Assembly (NCBI GenBank): GCA_965277455.1
Contig: OZ255823.1
Span: 2,438,250-2,502,249, forward strand
Reading direction: 5' to 3'
DNA from: Capsulimonadaceae bacterium
GTDB taxonomy: Bacteria; Armatimonadota; Armatimonadia; Armatimonadales; Capsulimonadaceae
DNA: 64,000 bases
Within the stretch, counting starts at the first letter, position 1, and each line of letters opens with the position of its first letter. Below, piece after piece: positions 1-8,654 of this stretch. A model generated the notes under the pieces. It was not told the DNA's origin and did no database searches. It saw nothing but the letters and a program-made list of their open reading frames with translations. The position numbers and the translations under genes are program-made.

Positions 1-594
1 CAGCAGGGCAGGTCCGTCTACCAATTCCAGCGGCGGCTTGCCCTGCGCCTCCGCGACAGCTTCCCGTGTGAACTCCCCGCAGGTGACGAAGATGCCACCC
101 GCCGCGCCGTCTCGGGCCACCGCGCCGCGCAGCTCTCGCACGGTCGGTGCCCCCACTTTGGCCTGCTTCCACCGCTTGCACTGCACCAGCGTTGTCTGCC
201 CGTTGCGTCGCAGAATTAGGTCCACGCCGCCGTCGGGGCCGCTGCCGCCTTTTTCCTCCACCGCGTAGCCCTGCCGCCGGTAGGCTTCGCCGACCAGCAG
301 CTCAAAGTCCTGCCAGGTCATTGCCTTCAGTGTTTCCAGACTGCTTTGGGGCGCCAGCAGCGCCCGGCGCTTGTGTTTGTCGATTTCAGCGACAACCGCG
401 AATAGGGCAAGCAGGGCAGTGATGGGGAGTGCAAAGGCCGCCGAAAGCTGGGCCGAGCTGCTGCCGTGCCAGAGTGCCGGGCCGAGGTAGCGCAGCACGA
501 TATAGATGGCCGCCACGAAGGCCATAACAGCCCAGGTTGGCAGGAGCCGAAAGAGGAGGTAGAAAAGGTTGTCTTCTGATTTTTGCCGCGCCAT
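1..594 (-). CDS. Mrr-like restriction-endonuclease-domain protein with N-terminal TM helices (3' end lies outside the window)
   Basis: Absent from the ORF track because it runs off the window edge. Hand translation from ATG at 592-594 gives MARQKSEDNLFYLLFRLLPTWAVMAFVAAIYIVL... (hydrophobic helices). It continues MTWQDFELLVGEAYRRQGYAVEEKGGSGPDGGVDLILRRNGQTTLVQCKRWKQAKVGAPTVRELRGAV...GGIFVTCGEFT. This matches the D...QxK core layout of Mrr/type IV restriction nuclease catalytic domains. Confidence 0.6.
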   Translation of the reverse strand, partial: MARQKSEDNLFYLLFRLLPTWAVMAFVAAIYIVLRYLGPALWHGSSSAQLSAAFALPITALLALFAVVAEIDKHKRRALLAPQSSLETLKAMTWQDFELLVGEAYRRQGYAVEEKGGSGPDGGVDLILRRNGQTTLVQCKRWKQAKVGAPTVRELRGAVARDGAAGGIFVTCGEFTREAVAEAQGKPPLELVDGPALL

Positions 595-3054
595 TTAAGA
601 ACTTTCTGGGTCTGTTTCCTTCTTATTCTGGCTGGTTTTATCTTCGTCTTTATCTTTCTTCTCCGCCGCCGGGACTTCGAGGGCGACGGGGGGGAAGTCG
701 CGGAGGGTGAAGTGGTAGGTGCCGCCGTTGCGGGGAAGGCGGAAGGTGACGGACAGGGAGGCGGCCAGGGCGCGGTCGTCTTTGCCGGGGGCGAAGCGGA
801 AGGACCAGCCGCCTCCTTCGGCGAGGACGCGCTGACCGAGCGCCCCGAGGGGCAGGCCGACGGGGCGGGTTGGGCGGCCAGCCGGGGCATGGCGGGTGAG
901 GCGGAAGTCGCCGGGGGTCAGGGTCAGCGAGCGGCGCGTTTCGCTGCGGTCGGCGAGGGCCAGGGTGATTTCGACGTAGCGTGCGCTCTCGTCGGAGTGA
1001 CCGGCGTAGGTCTCCAAAGACGCATCGGTGACGACTAGCTCCCAGTCATCGCGGACGATCTTTTCGCCGGTGCGGTAGACCGTGGGCGTGCCAGCGCCAT
1101 TGAGGTGCTTGTCGAACCAGCTCAGGCAGCGGCGCAGCTCATCGAGGCGGTGCTGCGGCTCGCCGAGGCCGTGGCCTTCGCGGGGGTAATGGACATACTC
1201 GGCGGTGCGGCCCAGCAGGTGCAGGGCCTGATACATCTCGTAGGAGTTGGTCAGCAGCGTGTTCGGGTCGCCTTCGCCGTGCAGGATCAAAACGGGCGTG
1301 TGGATGTCCTGCAAGTAGGTGGACGGCGAGCGTTCGGCGTACAGTTCAGGCCGCTCCCAGGGAGTACCGCCCAGGTACTCGACTTCCCAGCGCGGGGCCT
1401 GCGAGTTGGAAAAGTCGGTGACGAGCGAGAAGATGCCGAACTGCGACACGGCGGCCTGGAAGCGGTCGGTGCGGGCAATCAGCCAGTTGACGAGGTAGCC
1501 GCCGTAGGACGCGCCGATGACGGCGAGGCGGTCCGGGTCGGCGATGCCTTCGGCGATGGCCTGATCGATGCCCGCCAGAATGTCCTGCACGTCTGCCCCG
1601 CCGAGGTCATTTTGGTTCGCGGTGCTGAACGCATTGCCGTAGCCTTCGCTGCCCCGGTAGTTGGGGGACAGGACGGCGTAGCCCGCGCCCGCCCAGACCT
1701 GCGAGGCCGTGTAGGGGCTGAGGGCCTGCACCGTGCGCCCGTGCGGCCCGCCGTGGAGGCTGACCACAAGCGGGTGCTTTTGGCCCTCGGCGTCCTCGCG
1801 GGGGAGGGTGAGCAGACCCTCGATTTCCAGCCCGTCAGGCGACTTCCAGGAGACCACGGCGGTCGGGCAGAGAGCATGGCCGTCGGCCCAGTCGGCGTTC
1901 AAATCGGTCAGCGTCTCAGGGCGCTTCGCTTTGGGCGCAAGCCAGACCAATTCGGGCACGTCCACGCTGCTGCTCGACGCATACACGATGCCGCCGTCGG
2001 GGGCAGTGTGCCAGTCGTGGATGTGGCCGTCGCCGTCAATCACCGCTTCCCAGCCATCTGCGGACTGCTTGAACACCTGCGTTGTTGTGCCGACGGCGGC
2101 CAGGACGTAGAGAGTGCCCGCCGCGTCCAGATGCACGCCGGGCCAGTCGGTGATGTCGTGTTCGAACGTCTCAGTCAGGCACACCGGGGCCGTGTCTTCG
2201 CCGTCGGCAGGCACAGCGTACAGATTGGACTGCGAGTAGGACAAGGCCGGGTCCAGCGGGGCGACAAAGAGCACCTGCGAGCCGTCGCGGGTCCAGAGCG
2301 GGTGGAACTTGCCGCCCGGCCCATTCGCCACCGGGCGCGGGTTGGTACCTTCTATGTTAACGACCCAGACATCGGTTTTGTGGTAGTCATTCGGCTCGCC
2401 GGTGTAGTTGGTCGTAAAGGCCACCCGCTTGCCGTCAGGCGAAATGGCAATCTCGCCGAGGCCGAAGTCGCCGGGATGGACTAAAACCGGCTTCTTTTTG
2501 ATTAAATCAATGCGCCAGATTTGCTGACGGAACTTCTCGGCCCGCTCGCGGACGCCGTCGTCCTTGCGGTCCTGCGCGTCGTCGTAGGCGGATTGCAGGG
2601 GCTTCGGGCGCGGCTCCTGCGCCAGATAGACGACGCCGGTGCTGTCCGGCAGCCAGTCGTAGTCCCCCACCCCTTCAGGGGCGTCGGTGAGCTTTTCGGC
2701 CTCGCCGCCCCCGCCGTCCATCGGCAGGAGCCAAACCTGCGTTTCCGGGTCGGCGTCGGCATTGTAGTCCGTGCCGCCTTCGTCGTCGCGGTCTGAGAGG
2801 AACGCCAGCCATTTGCCGTCGGGGGACCAGCGCGGCTGCGTCTCGCTGCCCGGCCCGCGTGTCACCTGGCGGGGTTCGGCCTCATCGCCGAGTTTCAGGA
2901 CGGACAGGTGCTGTGTTATCCCGTTGCCGTCCCAGTCCGTTTCGCTCACCCCATACGCCACGCGCACGCCGTCCGGCGCGACGCGCACATCGCCGGGCAT
3001 TTTCAGGTCCAGCAGCGCCCGAGGCGTGACCTTCTGCTTCCGTATTCTCGCCAT
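595..3054 (-). CDS. S9 family serine peptidase (prolyl oligopeptidase/acylaminoacyl-peptidase type) with N-terminal PD40/TolB-like beta-propeller
   Basis: Track ORF is 595..3198. I trimmed it to ATG 3052-3054 (MARIRKQK) because the upstream 48 codons read through a REP-like repeat. Propeller repeats: WSPDGKWLAFLSDRD, ISPDGKRVAFTTN, WTRDGSQVLF. Hydrolase motifs GASYGGY, HGEGDPN and EGHGL occur in Ser-Asp-His order. There is an extra ~170-aa C-terminal beta-rich region and a K/D/E tail. Confidence 0.85.
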   Translation of the reverse strand: MARIRKQKVTPRALLDLKMPGDVRVAPDGVRVAYGVSETDWDGNGITQHLSVLKLGDEAEPRQVTRGPGSETQPRWSPDGKWLAFLSDRDDEGGTDYNADADPETQVWLLPMDGGGGEAEKLTDAPEGVGDYDWLPDSTGVVYLAQEPRPKPLQSAYDDAQDRKDDGVRERAEKFRQQIWRIDLIKKKPVLVHPGDFGLGEIAISPDGKRVAFTTNYTGEPNDYHKTDVWVVNIEGTNPRPVANGPGGKFHPLWTRDGSQVLFVAPLDPALSYSQSNLYAVPADGEDTAPVCLTETFEHDITDWPGVHLDAAGTLYVLAAVGTTTQVFKQSADGWEAVIDGDGHIHDWHTAPDGGIVYASSSSVDVPELVWLAPKAKRPETLTDLNADWADGHALCPTAVVSWKSPDGLEIEGLLTLPREDAEGQKHPLVVSLHGGPHGRTVQALSPYTASQVWAGAGYAVLSPNYRGSEGYGNAFSTANQNDLGGADVQDILAGIDQAIAEGIADPDRLAVIGASYGGYLVNWLIARTDRFQAAVSQFGIFSLVTDFSNSQAPRWEVEYLGGTPWERPELYAERSPSTYLQDIHTPVLILHGEGDPNTLLTNSYEMYQALHLLGRTAEYVHYPREGHGLGEPQHRLDELRRCLSWFDKHLNGAGTPTVYRTGEKIVRDDWELVVTDASLETYAGHSDESARYVEITLALADRSETRRSLTLTPGDFRLTRHAPAGRPTRPVGLPLGALGQRVLAEGGGWSFRFAPGKDDRALAASLSVTFRLPRNGGTYHFTLRDFPPVALEVPAAEKKDKDEDKTSQNKKETDPESS

Positions 3055-3080
3055 AGGGAGTGATTGTACCCGATGGAGAG

Positions 3081-3221
3081 GACCCCCTAGCCCCCAATAA
3101 TGGGGGAACCGGAAAGTTAGGAGTATCGTTCCGATTTGTTCCAATAGGGGCGGGGTCCCCCTCCCTCTTTTCCTGCTATCTTTATCTGGCTCCCCCATTA
3201 TTGGGGGCGGGGGGTCCCCTC
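3081..3221. mobile_element. REPIN/MITE-like element, family A copy 1
   Basis: Left arm GACCCCCTAGCCCCCAATAATGGGGGAACCGG. Right arm CTGGCTCCCCCATTATTGGGGGCGGGGGGTCC is its inverted complement. Each arm contains a CCCCCA/TGGGGG hairpin. The right end abuts the CTA (TAG) stop of 3222..4391. Confidence 0.85.
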
Positions 3222-4391
3222 CTACACCTGGTCCAGTGGGGCGATGACGGGGAGGCGGGTGGGAAACAGACGGTCAGCGAGGGCCAGGGTTTCGGGCGAG
3301 TCGCAGGAGACCAAGCCGAGGGTATGTGCTTCGGACGGCGTTTGATAGCCCAAATAAAGCTGGGCCAGAACGCGGATGTCGGCGCGAAGCCAGGGGCGGT
3401 CTCGGGGGGAGCCGGGTTCGATGCCCGCGCCGGAGAGGCGCACGGGGGCGGTGTTGGCGGCCCGCACCAGATCGGAGGCCCGCAGGGTGAGGGTAGTGCC
3501 TTCGTCGCGCAGAACCGCGCCGTAGAGGCGCTCGTGGACGGCGGATAGCGCCCCGGCGAGGTCAACGATGCGAAGCATGACGCCAGGCGTGGGCGGGTCC
3601 GGGGACGGGGCCAGGCCGAAGGCGGCGATGTGAGCCGGGGCGGCGCGCCAGGAGGCCATAAGCTCGGGCTGAGACGCGAGTAAGCCGCAAAGGCCGTGCC
3701 GGGCTTCGGCGGTCTGGCCGTGCATTTCCAGGACGGTCAGCGTGTCGGTGCGCTCCCAGAGGGCGTAGCCGGTGACGGTCCCGGCGGCGTCAAAAACGTA
3801 GGCTTCGCGGCCCGGCAGGGGAAGGCGAATGAGGCTCCAGCGGCGGAGGTCGCGGGCGAATGCGCCGGTGTCAGACGCCGTCAGCTTGGAAGCGAGGTCG
3901 CAGATAATCGGCCAGTCGGTGTCGCGGGCGGGACGGACGTGCCGCGCCTCGGGGTGCCGGGGCAGCGCGGCGGGAACGGCCTGCCAGAGAAAGTCATGGG
4001 TGGCATATTCCCAGCCGAACTGCCTGTAGAACGGCGCGGAAACGGGGTGCAGCAGGGACAGCGGGTAGCCCAGGTCGTCCCAAAGGTCGGTGACGGTCTG
4101 CGACAGCAGGGACCCGGCATAACCCCGGCGCTGCCATTCGGGGCGAGTGGCGACCCCGGCGACCCCGCCGCAGGGGACGGGAACGCCGCCGACGCGCAGG
4201 CGGGTGGGCACGATAGTCAGGGCGGAGACGACGCCAGCGTCGGGAAGGGAGAGGAGGCGCTTGTGGGACAGCTCAAAGTACGGGTCGCCATAGAAAATGG
4301 GGCGGGCCAAATCGGCGTCCAGCTCAAAGGCGGCGCAGAGGGTATGGAGAGCGTTCTCGGCGTCTTCGGGGCGGGCGGCGTGGAAATTCAC
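3222..4391 (-). CDS. GNAT N-acetyltransferase, Eis-like size and architecture
   Basis: GTG start overlaps the stop of 4388..4996 (GTGA). Acetyl-CoA motif RPEWQRRGYAGSLL. The 389-aa length with a long C-terminal extension is typical of Eis-type GNAT plus SCP2-like proteins. Confidence 0.6.
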   Translation of the reverse strand: MNFHAARPEDAENALHTLCAAFELDADLARPIFYGDPYFELSHKRLLSLPDAGVVSALTIVPTRLRVGGVPVPCGGVAGVATRPEWQRRGYAGSLLSQTVTDLWDDLGYPLSLLHPVSAPFYRQFGWEYATHDFLWQAVPAALPRHPEARHVRPARDTDWPIICDLASKLTASDTGAFARDLRRWSLIRLPLPGREAYVFDAAGTVTGYALWERTDTLTVLEMHGQTAEARHGLCGLLASQPELMASWRAAPAHIAAFGLAPSPDPPTPGVMLRIVDLAGALSAVHERLYGAVLRDEGTTLTLRASDLVRAANTAPVRLSGAGIEPGSPRDRPWLRADIRVLAQLYLGYQTPSEAHTLGLVSCDSPETLALADRLFPTRLPVIAPLDQV

Positions 4392-4996
4392 GGGGCCGCG
4401 TGCCAGGCGCGGAGAAACTCAAAGGAGAGCGGGTCGCGCTTTTGGAGGGCGCTTGCGGTGTTCACATAGGCCGAGAACGCCTCAGCAAAGCCTTCTTCCA
4501 CGTTGGTTTCGGCGTAGGGCGTGATGAGCTTGTGAGCGTCTTTCTGGTGCTTGTAAAGGCTCTCGTAGGTGTGGCGGTCGTCTTTGGACAGCCGGTGGAA
4601 CCAGACATAGTGGCCGTATTCGTGGGCAAACGTGGCGACATCCGGCGCGGCTCCGGCGGGAAGGCGCAGAGTGATGCGGGGCGGGTCGTCCTCAAAGATG
4701 CCGTCAATGCCGCCGTCGTCGGCATGGGAGCTTGAATTGCTGTCGCCTTCGCCCGTGTCCTGCGCGGCGAGATAGCTGTCCATGTCGCGGTCGTTCAGGG
4801 GGGTAACGACGAATCGCTCCCGCGCCTGAAAGCGGGCGGGAATATGCTTGCCGAACCAGCCTAAAAGGGAATGAGCGGCGGCGGGCGTGGCGGTGTCCGC
4901 GATGACTACCTGGGCGTGGGCGCGGGGCAGCGCAGGCAGGAGTCCGGCGACCAAAAGGAGAACAAACAAGGGATGTGACAGGCGAGGGCGCGTCAT
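4388..4996 (-). CDS. Secreted HExxH zinc-metallopeptidase-like protein
   Basis: Signal peptide MTRPRLSHPLFVLLLVAGLLPALPRAHAQ. HExxH motif in FAHEYGHYVW, with a later EEGFAEAF. Confidence 0.5.
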   Translation of the reverse strand: MTRPRLSHPLFVLLLVAGLLPALPRAHAQVVIADTATPAAAHSLLGWFGKHIPARFQARERFVVTPLNDRDMDSYLAAQDTGEGDSNSSSHADDGGIDGIFEDDPPRITLRLPAGAAPDVATFAHEYGHYVWFHRLSKDDRHTYESLYKHQKDAHKLITPYAETNVEEGFAEAFSAYVNTASALQKRDPLSFEFLRAWHAAP

Positions 4997-5050
4997 AGCT
5001 CTATTTTACCATATTCGGACGCCGGGCGCAAGGACAAGAGAGCGCAAGAA

Positions 5051-5070
5051 CGAGGGGTTTTAACCCCTCG
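5051..5070. promoter_or_regulatory. Perfect 9+9 palindrome in the divergent intergenic region upstream of recQ
   Basis: CGAGGGGTT-TT-AACCCCTCG, lying between the divergent genes 4388..4996 and recQ. Confidence 0.35.
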
Positions 5071-5114
5071 TGCCTATGGTATCTATCACAGCCACGGAAG
5101 GACAACAAATTATT

Positions 5115-7079
5115 ATGCCAACTAAAACGACAGCCGCCGGACCGGCGGCGGAGACGCCCGCGCAGCTTTTGCAGAAGTATTTCGGGTTCGGCGAGTTCCG
5201 GCCCGGACAGGAAACGGCGATCAATGCGCTGGACACGGACAAAGCCGCGCTGGCCGTGTTCCCGACGGGCGGCGGCAAGTCGCTGTGCTATCAGCTTCCG
5301 GCCCTGCGCTACGACGGGCTGACACTGGTGGTGTCGCCGCTGATTGCCCTGATGAAAGATCAGATCGACTTTCTGACGGGCCGGGGCATTGAGGCGGCCC
5401 GGCTGGACTCGTCGCTCGGCGGGGACGAAACGCGGGCAGTGACGGCCAAAGTGGAGGCCGGAACGCTCAAGATGCTGTATGTGGCCCCGGAACGCTTCAA
5501 CAATGAGCGGTTTCTGGCCCTCTTGGAGCGGACGCCGATAGCGCTGTTTGCCGTGGACGAGGCGCACTGCATCTCGGAATGGGGGCACAATTTCCGGCCC
5601 GATTACCTGAAGCTGGCCGAGGCGGCCCAAAGGGTCGGCGCGGAGCGGGTGCTGGCGCTGACGGCGACGGCGACGCCTGCCGTGGTCGAGGACATCTGCC
5701 TCGCGTTCCACATTCCCCCGTCGGCGTCGGTGGTGACGGGCTTTTACCGGCCCAATCTGAACCTGAGCATCTCGCCGGTGGCCGAGCGAGACCGGGACGC
5801 GCTGCTGGTGAAGCGGGTCAGCAAGCGTGCGCCCGGCCCGACGATTGTGTATGTGACCCTGCAAAAGACCGCCGAGCGGGTGGCGGCGCTGCTGTCCGAC
5901 GCCGGGCATCCGGCGGAGGCGTATCACGCCGGGCTGGACCCGGAGGTGCGGGCGCAGGTGCAGGACCGCTGGATGGCGTCGGACACGGGCATTGTGGTAG
6001 CGACCATCGCCTTTGGCATGGGCATCGACAAGGCCGCCGTGCGCTATGTGTACCATTACAACCTGCCGAAGTCGCTGGAAAGCTACAGCCAGGAGATCGG
6101 GCGGGCCGGGCGGGACGGCAAAACGTCCACGGTGGAGCTTTTAGCCTGCCCCGAAGACGTGCCGACTTTGGAGAACTTCGCCTACGGGGACACGCCCGCC
6201 GAAGGCTCCCTGCGGTCGCTTTTGGATGACCTGCTTGGGCGCGGGCCGTCGTTTGACCTGTCGCTGTATGCGCTGTCCGCCGAGCATGACATCCGGCAGC
6301 TTGTTTTGCGAACGGCCCTCACTTACCTGGAGCTGGACGGCGTGTTCCATCAGGGCACGCCGTTCTATGCGGGCTACGAGGTGCAGCCCTTGCGCCCGCT
6401 CTCGCAGATTATCGGCGAGTTTCAGGGCGTTCACGCGGACTTTATCCGGGACCTGTTCGGCGTGGCCCGGCTGGGCAAAATCTGGTACGCCCTCAATCCC
6501 GATGTGGCCGCCGAGACGCTGAACGTGGACCGGCGGCGGGTGGTCCGGGCCTTGGAGTACCTCGAAGAAAAGCAGTGGGCGCTGCTCAAAGTCGCCGATG
6601 TCCGTCAGCGGTACACACGCGGCGCGGGGGACGCGGGGCAAAAGGCGGATGCCGAAGCGCTGGCCTTTGACCTGTCTTCACGCTTCCTGCGCCGCGAGCA
6701 GGCCGAGATTTCGCGTCTCGGGCAGGTCATGGCGCTGGTGACACTGGACGGCTGCCTCTCCAATGCCCTCGTCGCCTACTTCGGCGAGACTCGCACCGAG
6801 CCGTGCGGGCACTGCACGTTCTGCCTGACAGGCCGCGCCGCCGTCCTGCCGCCCACCGAGCCGCTTCCCGCCCCGGAAACCCTGCTGGATGTGTCTGCGT
6901 GGCAGACCCTCCGTGCCCAGCACCCAAACGCGCTGGGCGATCCGCGCCAGGCGGCCCGGTTCCTGTGCGGGCTGACGTCCCCCGCCCTGTCCCGCGCCCG
7001 TCTGGGGCGGCATCCGCTGAACGGCAAATTAGAAACCCTGCGCTTCGCCGACGTGCTGGCGTGGTGCGCGGGAGAGTGA
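5115..7079 (+). CDS. recQ: ATP-dependent DNA helicase RecQ
   Basis: FGFGEFRPGQ, Walker A PTGGGKSLCY, DEAH box in FAVDEAHCISEWGHNFRPDY, and a C-terminal Cys cluster CGHCTFC. The start is uncertain: ATG 5115 has GGAAGGA ~12 nt upstream, ATG 5076 and GTG 5070 are alternatives. Confidence 0.85.
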   Translation: MPTKTTAAGPAAETPAQLLQKYFGFGEFRPGQETAINALDTDKAALAVFPTGGGKSLCYQLPALRYDGLTLVVSPLIALMKDQIDFLTGRGIEAARLDSSLGGDETRAVTAKVEAGTLKMLYVAPERFNNERFLALLERTPIALFAVDEAHCISEWGHNFRPDYLKLAEAAQRVGAERVLALTATATPAVVEDICLAFHIPPSASVVTGFYRPNLNLSISPVAERDRDALLVKRVSKRAPGPTIVYVTLQKTAERVAALLSDAGHPAEAYHAGLDPEVRAQVQDRWMASDTGIVVATIAFGMGIDKAAVRYVYHYNLPKSLESYSQEIGRAGRDGKTSTVELLACPEDVPTLENFAYGDTPAEGSLRSLLDDLLGRGPSFDLSLYALSAEHDIRQLVLRTALTYLELDGVFHQGTPFYAGYEVQPLRPLSQIIGEFQGVHADFIRDLFGVARLGKIWYALNPDVAAETLNVDRRRVVRALEYLEEKQWALLKVADVRQRYTRGAGDAGQKADAEALAFDLSSRFLRREQAEISRLGQVMALVTLDGCLSNALVAYFGETRTEPCGHCTFCLTGRAAVLPPTEPLPAPETLLDVSAWQTLRAQHPNALGDPRQAARFLCGLTSPALSRARLGRHPLNGKLETLRFADVLAWCAGE

Positions 7080-7108
7080 CTTGCCGCAAGCAAAGAAAGG
7101 TAATCTGA

Positions 7109-7456
7109 ATGAGCTGGGCCAAGTTCGCTATCAAAGCCCTCCAGCGTGGGGAGGCTGTTCAAATTAAACCACGCGGCCACTCGATGAAGGGCAAGGTCAA
7201 CGACGGCGACTTGGTAACCGTGGCGCCTTGTGACCCGGACAGCTTAAGCGTGGGCGATATACTTCTCGTGCGGGTACATGGCAGCGATTATCTGCACCTG
7301 CTCAAAGCCCGCGATAAGGAGCGTTTTCAGATCGGCAACAACCGAGGCGGCATCAACGGCTGGGTCAGCAAAAACAACATCTATGGCAAAGCGATTAGGG
7401 TTGAACCCGGCGACACGAAGCCGTTGTCCAAAGAGGCTCTATCCGAGTTGAGTTGA
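7109..7456 (+). CDS. Stand-alone S24/S26-type (LexA/signal-peptidase-like) serine peptidase fold protein
   Basis: PRGHSMKGKVNDGDLVTV...GDILLVRV...LHLLKA...IYGKAIRV matches the G-x-S-M ... GD-hv ... K layout of the S24 Ser/Lys dyad fold. It has no DNA-binding N-domain and lies in a visibly lower-GC patch. Confidence 0.45.
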   Translation: MSWAKFAIKALQRGEAVQIKPRGHSMKGKVNDGDLVTVAPCDPDSLSVGDILLVRVHGSDYLHLLKARDKERFQIGNNRGGINGWVSKNNIYGKAIRVEPGDTKPLSKEALSELS

Positions 7457-7479
7457 TACTGCGCCGCAAGAGGTAACCT

Positions 7480-7710
7480 ATGAGCGAAGTAAACCAAAGT
7501 GCAAAGTTGTTTCAAGAGCAGCCGTGTTCTGTCTGTGGCAGTTCAAGTTTTAATTGGGGTTATCTCACAGGCCGCAATGACCTTTGGTTTCGAGAAGGAA
7601 AACATACCGATTTAGGCTTATCTGCGCTGCCTACGCGGGGCTATCAACGCTGCCAAGCGAGAAAATGTACCGTCTGCCACAATGTGTTACTGTTCGCACA
7701 ATCACCTTAG
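7480..7710 (+). CDS. Small zinc-ribbon protein (CxxC...CxxC)
   Basis: 76 aa with CSVCGSSSF near the N-terminus and CTVCHNV near the C-terminus. Its SD context (GCCGCAAGAGGTAACCTATG) resembles that of 7109 (GCCGCAAGCAAAGAAAGGTAATCTGAATG). Confidence 0.4.
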   Translation: MSEVNQSAKLFQEQPCSVCGSSSFNWGYLTGRNDLWFREGKHTDLGLSALPTRGYQRCQARKCTVCHNVLLFAQSP

Positions 7711-7809
7711 CTTTACCGGACGCGGTACAAAAGGCGTAGCGCCCGATGTTAGCGGTTTGAGGAGGCCGCTGCCAGGGCAATAAATCGCGCCTTCACTTGT
7801 CTCTGTTTC

Positions 7810-7818
7810 TGGTACAAT
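7810..7818 (+). promoter_or_regulatory. Extended -10 promoter (TGGTACAAT) for 7870..8490
   Basis: TACAAT at 7813-7818 preceded by TG at 7810-7811. There is no good -35. Confidence 0.35.
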
Positions 7819-7869
7819 GGGGGCGTACTTAGATTGAAATTACTTTAAACACGCAGTTGAGGAGAATGT

Positions 7870-8490
7870 ATGGCAGTCACGGACCGGTTTTATGGAGCGA
7901 ATACGATGGGCACAAGCCGCCCGATCCAGGATTTTGGGCTGAGTGACCTGACGGGGACGTACACGTACACGGCCAAGCTCAGGGTCAAGGGGCTGCTGGT
8001 GGTAGTCTTCTTTTCGCCGAACTCGGCCCCGTCGGTGCGGGCGCTGAAGACGGTGCAGGGGTGGGTTGCGGGCCTGCCGACGCAGAAGTGGACGGCGCTG
8101 GCGGTCAGCGAGGGGAGCCGAACGGAGCTGGCGGCATGGGCGGAGGCGCAGGGGGTGGACGGCGTTTCGGTGCTGGTGGACAACGGGCTGTATCAGACGC
8201 GGACGTGGGGGGTCTCGCACCTGCCGAGCGTGTACCTGGTGTCGGGAGCAACGGGGCGGGTGCTGCACAAGATCATGGGCGATGACGAGAAGGCGCTGGG
8301 CGGCATGAAAGAGATGCTGCATTCCGAGGTGGAGAAGCTGGTGACTGCGGAGGCCGCCGCAAAGGCGGCGGAAGAGAAGAAGGCCGCAGACGCCGCCGCG
8401 AAGGCCGCCGAAGAGAAGAAGGCTGCCGAAGAAAAGAAGGCCGCCGAGGCGGCAAAGCCGTCGGACAGCACTCCCCCGGCCAAACCGTAG
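7870..8490 (+). CDS. Thioredoxin-fold (TlpA/redoxin-like) protein lacking the CxxC pair, with Ala/Lys/Glu repeat tail
   Basis: Redoxin-like layout: LLVVVFFSPNSAPSVRAL occupies the position where CxxC normally sits, followed by GVSHLPSVYLVSGATGRVL. Tail is AAAKAAEEKKAADAAAKAAEEKKAAEEKKAAEAAK. SD GAGGAG lies 5 nt upstream of the ATG. Confidence 0.5.
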   Translation: MAVTDRFYGANTMGTSRPIQDFGLSDLTGTYTYTAKLRVKGLLVVVFFSPNSAPSVRALKTVQGWVAGLPTQKWTALAVSEGSRTELAAWAEAQGVDGVSVLVDNGLYQTRTWGVSHLPSVYLVSGATGRVLHKIMGDDEKALGGMKEMLHSEVEKLVTAEAAAKAAEEKKAADAAAKAAEEKKAAEEKKAAEAAKPSDSTPPAKP

Positions 8491-8494
8491 GCGC

Positions 8495-8534
8495 AAAAAA
8501 AAACCGCCGGGGCAGTTCTCGCTGTCTCGGCGGT
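8495..8534. terminator. Second hairpin terminator (T9 on minus strand; also 13 nt downstream of the plus-strand gene 7870..8490)
   Basis: A9 run, then ACCGCCGGGGCAG...CTGTCTCGGCGGT. It reads as a hairpin plus T9 on the minus strand and may act in both directions. Confidence 0.5.
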
Positions 8535-8654
8535 CGCCTCTCACGCTGGCTTCAACACCTGGGTTTTGGGCCGGGAGCGGCAAGGATAAGGAGATCACAT
8601 TTATCTGACGCCGCCGGGCGACCAAATGTTCCCTTTGCGCCCAAGCCAAAGCCG

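Noticed and set aside
3060-3548. Recurring peptide PHYWGLGGP / PPLLGAGG in several ORFs (also 33984..34313 and 53492..54088, and the extension of 595..3198)
   Set aside because: This is not a conserved protein motif. It is the translation of the family A repeat arm CCCCCAATAATGGGGG in different frames.
5001-6056. 351-aa minus-strand ORF antisense to recQ
   Set aside because: The translation is Arg/His/Pro-rich with no motifs, whereas the recQ frame carries all helicase motifs.
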